A stretch of DNA of 64,000 bases, taken from Leidyana gryllorum EB-2025a (lineage: Eukaryota > Protista > Apicomplexa). The position numbers and the translations under genes were made by a program. Each line of letters opens with the position of its first letter. The first letter of the stretch is position 1. The stretch is taken from the NCBI GenBank assembly GCA_048772705.1, contig JBLWGC010000230.1, forward strand, positions 186,001-250,000. The letters are read 5' to 3'. Positions 46,570-57,400 of the stretch are shown one piece after another. Below the pieces are notes generated by a model. The model was not told the DNA's origin and made no database searches. It saw only the letters and a list, made by a program, of their open reading frames with translations.

Positions 46570-48393
46570 TTATAAAGTGTTTGACAAATAGACCAGAACA
46601 TCTCGCAGTTGCTGCAACCGCGTCCCCGCGGGAAGAACCCACATCTCGTCATGCAGAGCCCATCCTCCCTCTTCCATCAGCAATGTCCCAAACTTGCAAC
46701 TTAACCATTGCTCGAATTTAGGATTATTCTGCAACCGTCAAATCTAATCTTCCCACAACAATGAAGCAGCTAACCCACCTGTCGGATTTGTCGATATTTG
46801 TCATTAGAGGGGTCTTGCAACACATTGTTGAAAATGGCTTGAATCAACCTGGACACACACACACACAAATCGAAACGGTCTCCACATGGCGGCCATCGTC
46901 ACTCACTTGACAGCTTGGAGGAAGCGGTCCCTGGGCAGCTCGAGTCCTGCTGCTTCGACCTCTTTCCCTGAGAGCGGAACGTTCCAAAAGCTCCTCAGCG
47001 ACTTTTCAGAGAACTTACAGTGGTCGCTAATCGCCGGTTTGCCCAATCCTTTCATCAAGTCTGAAGGCAGGGCGGGAGTCGATGCCGGTGGAGTGCCGCT
47101 TCCGTCGACCGCTTTGTCCGTGTCTTCAGGACTGGGGACTGCATAGCGCGCCGCCAGACATTCGTAAGCCTTCTGGATCCGCTGGTCCGCGTGCGTATTG
47201 ACATCGGCCACATGTGCCAGAGCCGCCAGTGTGTATCCGTCAAACTGGTTAACAGAAAGAGAAAGTGTCAGTGGCAGTGAGATGGAAATTCGGGCTCACT
47301 TCGATAGTCTGAAGTCTACTTTGCACTATCCGCGCCGCCTCGTGGCCATCCAGGCCTCCAGCCAGAGTCAGTGCCATGGCGCACACTAAGGGGCATTGAG
47401 CAAGCACCCTTTGTTTGCCGCCTTACCGATAGCTGCGTGGTACCGTCTTCCAGTGTCGACTATGAGAACATTCATTCCGGATGTGGCAACCAGCCAGAGA
47501 GGCTGGAAAGCCTCGGAATAAAACTTCAAAATCGCTTCTTTGGATCGGAACGGTAGGTAGGCTGGTCCCGGACGTGTGAGCTGCCGATCACTAACCAGCT
47601 TGCACTGCAGATCTTGGGGCGCCAAGTTGATGACGGCTCCCCATTGGATCCAGTGACGGTGCTGCGCCAGAAAGTCGGCAGTCTCTTGCGTCAGTGTGTT
47701 GAGATTGATAACATAAATCCCTCCTCGGGATCCCTGTGGGGTGGCAGAGAAAGGAGAGTGCGGAATGCAGTGAGGGCGGATGTTTCCACCGTCGTCAGTA
47801 CCACTCACCTTATTGATGGCCACAGCCTTGATGCTGCCAGGAACCTCCGTCAAAAAGCGGGGGATCGGCTGCTGCACGATGGAGATGACGCTGGCTGAGC
47901 GGAGGGAGGTGTCGTCGGGTTGGTGTCGGAGGTTGTTGGGCTTACGCTCGAGGATAACAATACGTTTCGGGGTAGTCTTGGACCTGCCCATGTATCGTAG
48001 GGTTCTACTAACGAGATTGTTGGAGCTCAGGGCGACGTGGCTGGGAGAGAGCTCGCTGAAGATATAGACGGAACGCAAATGGGTAATGGTCTTTAGCCAC
48101 TGGAGGAACTCGTTCCGCTTCTCGTCGGTGCACTCCTTAAATGGAGGGATCCGGACAGTGACTTCATGGGCCTGCAGATAGTGGCCCAGGTTCCCAATGG
48201 CGCTGCGGGAGGCGTCTCTGGACATGCAGTTGAGACTGACGCCGGAGGCCGTCTCATGGTCCGTCCTGAGATACGAAACAAAGAAGGAGGGGCCGCAACG
48301 ATAGACCGGACAGCGTTTATCCACGTCCTGCAGACATGCGTAGGTGTTTGCAGGTATGAGCGGCTCGAGAGTGGTCCAAGCAGAGTTTGGCAT
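46570..48393 (-). CDS. DSP-like pseudophosphatase with C-terminal PUB domain, multi-exon
   Basis: DSP-fold pattern AVINL...NVLIVDTGRRYHAAI|VCAMAL...GHEAARIVQSRL. PUB pattern IFNNVLQDPSNDKYRQIRQ|NNPKF...LMEEGGW. Confidence 0.65.
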
Positions 48394-48454
48394 GAGGCAA
48401 GCTAAATTGTTGGTTTTTAAGGGCACTAAGTAGCAACAAAAGACGACGAATCAA

Positions 48455-49071
48455 TCAAGCCTCAACATCCACAACCCCCTTGTCAGAGACGTAGATACCA
48501 TCCAAGAACTGACGAATATCCTTCTTGCGGACGAGAGCGTTCTGGTGGATCAGAGCGCAAGAACGGGAGACGTTCTCGAGGTCAATGCCGGTGAGGACGA
48601 GCTCATCCTTGACTGCAGTGCTCTTGACGCAGCTGACGCCGTTGAGCAACTTGACGATGCGGGTACGCTTCTCTCCCAAGAAGTTACGGATCTCGACGGT
48701 CTTGCCGCCATCGGCGATGTTGATGTTGATGGGAAAGTGATTGTACACCAGTCTCATCTTGTACTGGAACTTCTTAGTCACACCCTTCATCATGTTCTCG
48801 ATATGGGAGCAGAGAGTGCGAACCACAGCCTTCTGGGTGGGAGTAGACAGCCACAGAGCCACCTTGATGGTCTTGCCGTCCTCAGCAACAGCGCAATCGC
48901 ATGGGATGTGCTTGAAGTCCCGAGACAGGGAGCCGTGCTTGCCCTTCACGCTAACCACGCGGGACTTCACGGAGACCTCCACTGCCACAACATTACCCAA
49001 AAAGTCTCACTATTCGATCACTTACCTCCCTCCGGGACGTTAATCGTCTCCTCAGTGTAGATGTACCTCAT
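48455..49071 (-). CDS. RPL9: 60S ribosomal protein L9 (uL6); intron 48982-49025
   Basis: YKMRLVYNHFPIN, VEIRNFLGEK and KKDIRQFLDGIYVS. Confidence 0.97.
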
Positions 49072-49140
49072 GGCCGCGTCAGTCCCCTTGCAAAAAAAAT
49101 CACGTTGAACCCCATAAAAACTGACCTGTCGTGTCGTCTC

Positions 49141-51442
49141 ATGAAGCGTCATCAGCTCAATGCCTTCCTGAACGCCCTCCCGGACATTGACCACGCGGCC
49201 CTCAGTTATGATGACACACCATGGGTGACAATGTCCACCAATGACATAGAGGAAAAGGAGAGAGCTATCCTCCGGGACTTTGACTGTGATGCCTATGACA
49301 TGTATCAACCAATTCGTAATCCTCGACTCGTAGCCCGCGAGCTCGCTGACGCTTCCACCACTCTATCCTCCTCTGGACTCATGGATGACCTCACTTGCCC
49401 AATTTGCATTGGTATAGTGGTGACCTTTTTGGACATTACACTGTAATCTCTGCCGATCCCCACAGGAATATATAAAGAAGTAATGGTTGTTAAAGACTGC
49501 TCGCATCGTTTCTGTGCCGATTGTATACAAAAATGGCTACGCAGCGGGTGAGACTTCAAACACTCTCGAATCCGGGACCCTACTCACTCGGCTTGCACTT
49601 CACTGTGTGGCCTGCGTTTGTACATATTTGGTACTCTTCCACCTTCTATGCCTCTACTGTCTCGCACTTTGAACTCTTATGATGTCTCACCAGTCACCAG
49701 GTATGTCCTCAGTGCCGAATGAGGATTCCCTCTCGCCGAGCTCTGCGTCACGATCAAATCTTCGACGCCATCATTGAGCGTCTGTTCCCTGATGTGGAGG
49801 GGTTCGAACGGGAACGCAACGAAATCATCAGCGAGGCTTCGAAACGGCTGGTGCTCGCCCAAGGAGTCAGTTCGGCTGGCTCTATACCGAGCGAGGGCGT
49901 TCAACGACGGTAGGGTCACGGACGACGAGCGCGCATCAATGTTCCAACAGCCGAGGCACAACCGGTGCTAACAGGATGATCGACAGCGAGGGACAACGAA
50001 GACGGCGAGCAGCGTCGATGCGCGCTCGAGACTTCATTCGCGCTGAGGCCAGAAGTGGTAACGAGGATCCGACACCCACTTCGTCGAGCCGCGAGCAAAC
50101 GGCGTCCGCTAACTCCAGTCGTGAGGTGGAGAGCAAAGACGGAGACGATGACGATGACGACGGGGACGATGATGACGACGAGGAGGATGACGAAGAAGAC
50201 AGCTCAGGAGCGGCAACTGAGGAGTTTGAGAGTCAAAGTTCAATGGATTCGCCAGCAGCGCGAGGCCCAACACGGAAGCGCCGCACTTTCTTCGCTGGCC
50301 AGGTGGATCACCGGGTCGGTCCAATGTATAATGACTATTCGCCCGGAAATCGGGTGGAGATATTCCTCGTTTGGGATGGTGCCCGATCTGGTCCAGACGT
50401 GGAACTCCCGTCTCCGTTGCTCAATATGGCCAGGGAACTGAGTAAAAGAGTGAGGCGAGAGTGTGGAAGACTTGTTGGCCATTCAAACTCCTCCGTAGTC
50501 TCAAATCTTTGGCGTTGGAGCATCGGCTCGAGATGTGGCGATGGTGATAGCCCGAAAGATCTGCACAGATGTCATAGGGCGTTCCGATCCCGCCAGCATT
50601 CTGACGGATATATCTTTCGTCAAAGATGTGAGTGGAGCCGACTTTGACGATCGGATGTCAATTGTGTGGTTTAGGGGAGGATGTTTCCTCCAGATCCCAG
50701 TATCCCTGTTATGGATCTGAGCAAGACGATCACGGAGTCAAGAGGCCCCACTGCTGTACGATATGCCATGTCACCGCGGTAAGTCGAAGCGGCGGGGAGG
50801 CGCTTAGCGACACACGTCTGTAGCTTGACGATTTTGTGCAATCACCCAAGAGGGTATTAGATAGATAGAAGACATTGACTGTGTAGCGGCCGTGGCGTGT
50901 GGCGATCGAGTGACCAGATATCTTTGTGTGTCTCGTCTCGGACCGGAGGCTAGGATTCCTTTTTTGTCTCCCCTTCACCAGACTCCAGCGCTTAAAGGAT
51001 GAGCGTAGAGCAAGATGACAATAGTCCCTCCTATGGCAACAAGCTACTGTCGCGGCCAATGTCGAACTCCTTCGACTCTCCTTTGGATTTAGCAAACTCG
51101 ATCATTGACGCTCGCACCTCCTCTCGCGAGAGCGAGACCACCAAGTTTGAGCCAGGTGTAATGACTAGATCTAGGACTCGCGCTATCAGTGAGGTGGAAA
51201 CTATCCAGGAGGAGCTAAGCAGTGTCGACGACGAGGAACGGAGCGAGCTGGATGGGGAAGAAGACACCAGTCCTACAGTCTCCTTTGACAGGTTCGCGGG
51301 ACACTCTGGCGACGATATCTCGGCTGCATCAGGCAAGCGGCGACAAAGCCTACCGGACGACAACGATGACTCAACGGACGGGAGCAGACGGGCGGAGAGT
51401 CAGAGATTTGAGGCGCGGCGGCGCCTCCTGACATTAGAGTGA
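49141..51442 (+). CDS. RING1/RNF2-like C3HC4 RING E3 ligase, multi-exon; 3' part uncertain
   Basis: LTCPICIG|IYKEVMVVKDCSHRFCADCIQKWLRSG|HQVCPQCRMRIPSRRALRHDQIFDAIIERLFP. Confidence 0.8.
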
Positions 51443-51817
51443 GTGACTTATACTGTTGTGTAAGGCTGTCTCAGACGCTACGCTCGAGCCAAAAGCTATC
51501 ATCTTGCTTCCTGAACTCTCTGTCCCCTTCATTCTACAGCGGTTGACAACTCGCTCACAAAATTCTCGACACCTGAGATCCTCCAACCAAGATGACCGGC
51601 TCGAAGATCAAGCTCGCCGTCATACAATAAGCTTTCGGTTGGATCCCAGAAAGTTACAACCCCTACACCTGTCTGTGCAGCAGGCTGCAAGCTTAGCGCC
51701 TCTTTTGTTTGTCTTAATTTTGTGTTTCTGCAACTAGTGACGGTCATTTGCAGACCGCTGACCGATATATTGATGGTTCGTAAGCTGTAGCCCGACTATT
51801 AGTCCTATGGTCCAGGT

Positions 51818-51865
51818 GCTGCCTACAGTGTACCGTAGAAGGCTGCCCACAGTGTACCTTAGATG
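51818..51865. repeat. 24-bp imperfect tandem duplication in intergenic/3'UTR DNA
   Basis: gctgcctacagtgtaccgtagaag / gctgcccacagtgtaccttagatg. Confidence 0.75.
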
Positions 51866-52029
51866 GATGTCTCTCTCAGTACGTCCTCCGACCGCTAAGG
51901 AGGGCCGGCTAACGACAAAGTTAGAAATGAAGAAGCAGTTGTTTTCCCCCTCATTCGAGCAGGTCCGTCTCATCATCATGCTCATGCAGCTGAACAAGTC
52001 CGAGACGGTATATGGCTATCGGATGCAAT

Positions 52030-52886
52030 TTAGGCTTGGCCAAACTTTCCTTCTTCTTTGAGCTTCAGGTTGGAGGCACCAGCCCGCTCGAACTCTTCCT
52101 TGAACTTGCAAGCAACTGAAAACCGGGCAATTTGGGGTCGGAAACTGTGCAGAGTACTTACGTTCAGCAGTACCGAAACGAAGAGCGAATTGTTCGACAG
52201 CCGGAGGATCTTCGGCACTGTCCAGAACAGACCAAGTCCATATCTTGTCGTTCCCGGCATTCATACGCAAAGTGCAGGCCTCGTTCGTCGGGAGAACTGT
52301 GGTGTGGTGAAGTGTGTGTGTGGCGGACAGTGTTTGCCGGAAACGTACCATAATGATTAGCTACGATCTTATGAGTCTTCTCCTGGCGTAGGAGGAAGCG
52401 GATCTTTCCTTCCTTATCTCTGAGGAGTTTGCTGTCACCTATGCCACGCTCTTTCCACTGGCCGTCGTTCCATCGATAGAGTTTGCTTCTGTTTGTCCAC
52501 TCCACGACCTCCTCCTCTTCACCAGTAACAACCTGGACTTCTTCTAGGTGTACGTCGGGACGCTTCCACGAACCCTCTACGACCTCTTTTTCGGGATCCT
52601 CGTCATCACCGGCAGCAGTAGCGGGCTGCTGCTCGGTAGGAGGAGTTTGTGTTTCGGCAGTCGGAGGTGCAGGTGCCTCAGCCTCAGCCTCGGCGGTGGC
52701 AGGGGCAGGAGCCGCGTCAGCCTCGGCGGTGGGAGGGGCAGGAGCCGCGTCCGCCTCGGCGGTGGGAGGGGCAGGAGCCGCGTCGGCCTCGGGTTGTGTT
52801 TCGGCAGCGGAAGGGGCAGGAGCCTCAGCCTCAGCTTGTTGGGGCGGGGCAGAAGCAGTGTCAGCAGGCTCTGCTGCAGTGGTCAT
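52030..52886 (-). CDS. RANBP1: Ran-binding protein 1 with A/P/E-rich N-terminal extension; 2 introns
   Basis: VVTGEEEE..RSKLYRW..WKERGIGDSKLL..IRFLLRQEKTHKIVANH, NAGNDKIWTW and FALRFGTAE. Confidence 0.93.
52687..52785 (-). repeat. 3 x 33-bp coding repeat (AEADAAPAPPT) in the RanBP1 N-terminus
   Basis: Direct tandem repeat gcctcggcggtgg(g/c)aggggcaggagccgcgtc. Confidence 0.9.
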
Positions 52887-53266
52887 GGAGTCAGACAGAA
52901 AATGTGTGGGGACCGAAAATGTTACAGCGAAAAAAAAAGTATCTGGTCCCTAGTAGATTGAAGTTGGTGGCGGAATGAAAGACTGACTGATGACTGGTAT
53001 GACTGCGAAACTACAGCAAGCAAGCAAGTGGGTTCGTGGTGTACATATGATGGATATAGAGATATTATTCCTTCTGCACCTCTGATACCCTTTTGCTCGA
53101 TGTCTTTCAGCAGGTGTGTCTTGATATTGAACGACGAACGGCCGGACGTCCGCACGAACGGTACAGGCAGTCTTGAAAACAGATTAGGTACTCCCTCTTG
53201 CACGCGATTGAGTAGAAGGATGGAGTGTGAAAGCGCTGCTTGAAGCGCGCTCGACTAAAATAATGA

Positions 53267-53683
53267 CTATTCCTCGTAGGCCAAACCTTCGGCCTGAGTC
53301 ATAGCGGCGGCAAAAGCTTCTGGTGATAACTGAGCGCATAATGAAGCAAGAAGAGCGCAGGTGTCGGGCGCTGACGAAGAGGTAGCAGCGTCCGTCTCAG
53401 CGCTTCTGGTACTGGAAGAGTCACCAATCGCAATCGGTTTCTCCTCCACTTGAGTCAGGACTGGCATATTGGAGGCTAGTCCCAGTGCCGCTGTGAGGCT
53501 CACGCGATACCGAGGGGACTGGGCACTCTGCCTGAGGCAGAAACGGTCTTTTGTGGCAAAAATGCCCGTTGAGGTCGACGAGGCCGACGTGGACGTGCTC
53601 CCTCCAGCAAATGAGCACGGGGAGGAATCGGTCAGAGACAGCTTGCGTGGCACGGCCACCGGAACCACCTGAGGTAGTAACAT
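53267..53683 (-). CDS. Small S/T-rich hypothetical protein ending ...AEGLAYEE
   Basis: ATG-initiated 138-aa ORF with an unusually long non-coding upstream region. Confidence 0.55.
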   Translation of the reverse strand: MLLPQVVPVAVPRKLSLTDSSPCSFAGGSTSTSASSTSTGIFATKDRFCLRQSAQSPRYRVSLTAALGLASNMPVLTQVEEKPIAIGDSSSTRSAETDAATSSSAPDTCALLASLCAQLSPEAFAAAMTQAEGLAYEE

Positions 53684-54460
53684 GTTATCACACCTATTGC
53701 ACAGCCTTCAATGAATAGTAAGTCGCCCCGAACGATGATGTGTAGAAAGAGAGAACAAAAAGGATGAGCAAGTCGAGAACAAAGATCAGTGAGCAGTGAG
53801 TGAGTGAGTCAGTCAGTTGATGGAAAGAAGTAGGGGTCAGTCAGATCTGGTCCAATCTGGGTGGAACAAAAATATACCAATTGGTGAGCTAGGTATATTG
53901 CACCACTCTACCTCAAAGTTTCTCCACCGTTTTCAACCCACCCACAATGATGTGTATGCTCCACTTTCGACAGCTCACCCCTTCTATATGTCCCTTTCTA
54001 CAAAATTTCCATCACCCCTCCAACTACTTCTTAGTCCCAATCCAAACCAAACAACACGATGCCATCTTCGACATTTCCTTCCTACTCCACTAGTCGCACT
54101 GCTCACCTTCTTCCGTCCAAAACGTCTTCCTGAACATTCATCCCCATCAAATCAAAGGATCGATCCGCACCCATCTCATTTCATAATCCAGCATCTCGAA
54201 CACTGCCCAATCCTTTGCTGCTTGATAGGACCCGCCGCTGAACCAGACGTGGCCCTCACAACTATTGCCTATTGGAACACACTAAACAATAACCTCCTTG
54301 TTCATTTCTATTCCTGTTGAATATAAACAGACAGACTGGCCCTCGTCCAAAAAATCTGTACTATAGCTGCAATCAAGATACTTAGATCTCAAGATCGTGC
54401 TTCACCACGAACAATTGTACCTCTTGAAGATTGAACTCGCAACCGCCTCACTGTGCTGAC

Positions 54461-57400
54461 TCAATGAGCCGGAAGAGCAATCTCCACACGCTCGCTTCCT
54501 TTGGGAACATTCACGACAATTTGGTTATCGACAACCGACCCGCAGCACCCAGCACCACCTGGCACACAGTTCGGAGCCGGCACACACTCTTTGTCGCTTG
54601 CGGAGACGGTGGGCTGCTTGATGCTACCGACTTCGACCGTGGTAGTCCGACCAGTACCCGGAGAAACGGCGGTAGTGCGCGTATTCATCGTTGCAGGAAC
54701 GGTAGTAGTGGTCTTAGCAGCTCCTGGGGCAGCAGTGGTGGTCGTCCTAGCAGCTCCTGGGGCAACAGTGGTGGTCGTCTTAGCAGTTCCTGGGGCAGCA
54801 CTGGTGGTGGTCTTAGCAGCTCCTGGGGCAGCAGTGGTGGTCGTCTTAGCAGCTCCTGGGGCAGCAGTGGTGGTCGTCTTAGCAGCTCCTGGGGCAGCAG
54901 TGGTGGTGGTCTTAGCAGCTCCTGGGGCAGCAGTGGTGGTGGTCTTAGCAGCTCCTGGGGCAGCAGTGGTGGTCGTCTTAGCAGTTCCTGGGGCAGCACT
55001 GGTGGTGGTGGTCTTAGCAGCTCCTGGGGCAGCACTGGTGGTGGTCTTAGCAGCTCCTGGGGCAGCACTGGTGGTGGTCTTAGCAGCTCCTGGGGCAGCA
55101 GTGGTGGTGGTCTTAGCAGCTCCTGGGGCAGCAGTGGTGGTGGTCTTAGCAGCTCCTGGGGCAGCAGTGGTGGTGGTCTTAGCAGCTCCTGGGGCAACAG
55201 TGGTGGTCGTCTTAGCAGCTCCTGGGGCAACAGTGGTGGTGGTCTTAGCAGCTCCTGGGGCAACAGTGGTGGTGGTCTTAGCAGCTCCTGGGGCAACAGT
55301 GGTGGTCGTCTTAGCAGCTCCTGGGGCAACAGTGGTGGTGGTCTTAGCAGCTCCTGGGGCAGCAGTGGTGGTCGTCTTAGCAGCTCCTGGGGCAGCAGTG
55401 GTGGTCGTCTTAGCAGCTCCTGGGGCAGCAGTGGTGGTCGTCTTAGCAGCTCCTGGGGCAACAGTGGTGGTCGTCTTAGCAGCTCCTGGGGCAGCAGTGG
55501 TGGTCGTCTTAGCAGCTCCTGGGGCAGCAGTGGTGGTGGTCTTAGCAGCTCCTGGGGCAGCACTGGTGGTGGTCTTAGCAGCTCCTGGGGCAGCAGTGGT
55601 GGTGGTCTTAGCAGCTCCTGGGGCAACAGTGGTGGTGGTCTTAGCAGCTCCTGGGGCAACAGTGGTGGTCGTCTTAGCAGCTCCTGGGGCAGCAGTGGTG
55701 GTGGTCTTAGCAGCTCCTGGGGCAGCAGTGGTGGTGGTCTTAGCAGCTCCTGGGGCAGTGGTGGTGGTCTTAGCAGCTCCTGGGGCAGCAGTGGTGGTGG
55801 TCTTAGCAGCTCCTGGGGCAACAGTGGTGGTGGTCTTAGCAGTTCCTGGGGCAGCAGTGGTGGTCGTCTTAGCAGCTCCTGGGGCAGCAGTGGTGGTGGT
55901 CTTAGCAGTTCCTGGGGCAGCAGTGGTGGTCGTCTTAGCAGCTCCTAGGGCAGCAGTGGTGGTCGTCTTAGCAGCTCCTGGGGCAGCAGTGGTGGTCGTC
56001 TTAGCAGCTCCTGGGGCAGCACTGGTGGTGGTCTTAGCAGCTCCTGGGGCAGCAGTGGTGGTGGTCTTAGCAGCTCCTGGGGCAGCAGTGGTGGTGGTCT
56101 TAGCAGCTCCTGGGGCAACAGTGGTGGTGGTCTTAGCAGTTCCTGGGGCAGCAGTGGTGGTCGTCTTAGCAGCTCCTAGGGCAGCAGTGGTGGTCGTCTT
56201 AGCAGCTCCTGGGGCAGCAGTGGTGGTCGTCTTAGCAGCTCCTGGGGCAACAGTGGTGGTCGTCTTAGCAGCTCCTGGGGCAACAGTGGTGGTCGTCTTA
56301 GCAGCTCCTGGGGCAACAGTGGTGGTCGTCTTAGCAGCTCCTGGGGCAGCAGTGGTGGTCGTCTTAGCAGCTCCTGGGGCAGCAGTGGTGGTCGTCCTAG
56401 CAGCTCCTGGGGCAACAGTGGTGGTCGTCTTAGCAGCTCCTGGGGCAGCAGTGGTGGTCGTCTTAGCAGCTCCTGGGGCAGCACTGGTGGTGGTCTTAGC
56501 AGCTCCTGGGGCAGCAGTGGTGGTGGTCTTAGCAGCTCCTGGGGCAGCAGTGGTGGTGGTCTTAGCAGCTCCTGGGGCAGCAGTGGTGGTGGTCTTAGCA
56601 GCTCCTGGGGCAACAGTGGTGGTCGTCTTAGCAGCTCCTGGGGCAACAGTGGTGGTGGTCTTAGCAGCTCCTGGGGCAGCAGTGGTGGTGGTCTTAGCAG
56701 CTCCTGGGGCAACAGTGGTGGTCGTCTTAGCAGCTCCTGGGGCAGCAGTGGTGGTGGTCTTAGCAGCTCCTGGGGCAGCAGTGGTGGTCGTCTTAGCAGC
56801 TCCTGGGGCAGCAGTGGTGGTCGTCTTAGCAGCTCCTGGGGCAGCAGTGGTGGTCGTCTTAGCAGCTCCTGGGGCAACAGTGGTGGTCGTCTTAGCAGCT
56901 CCTGGGGCAGCAGTGGTGGTCGTCTTAGCAGCTCCTGGGGCAGCAGTGGTGGTCGTCTTAGCAGCTCCTGGGGCAGCAGTGGTGGTGGTCTTAGCAGCTC
57001 CTGGGGCAACAGTGGTGGTCGTCTTAGCAGCTCCTGGGGCAACAGTGGTGGTCGTCTTAGCAGCTCCTGGGGCAGCAGTGGTGGTCGTCTTAGCAGTTCC
57101 TGGGGCAGCAGTGGTGGTGGTCTTAGCAGCTCCTGGGGCAGCAGTGGTGGTGGTCTTAGCAGCTCCTGGGGCAGCAGTGGTGGTGGTCTTAGCAGCTCCT
57201 GGGGCAGCAGTGGTGGTGGTCTTAGCAGCTCCTGGGGCAACAGTGGTGGTGGTCTTAGCAGTTCCTGGGGCAGCAGTGGTGGTCGTCTTAGCAGCTCCTA
57301 GGGCAGCAGTGGTGGTCGTCTTAGCAGCTCCTGGGGCAGCAGTGGTGGTCGTCTTAGCAGCTCCTGGGGCAACAGTGGTGGTCGTCTTAGCAGCTCCTGG

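Noticed and set aside
31330-49100. TTTTTTGCAAG upstream of two minus-strand ATGs (~31340, ~49090) as trans-splice acceptors
   Set aside because: Most other upstream A/T runs have no following AG and occur in either orientation, so an A/T promoter element is more parsimonious.
53817-54320. 167-aa plus-strand ORF
   Set aside because: It reflects C/T-rich compositional bias, with no recognisable motif; it is more likely the upstream region of the neighbouring gene.
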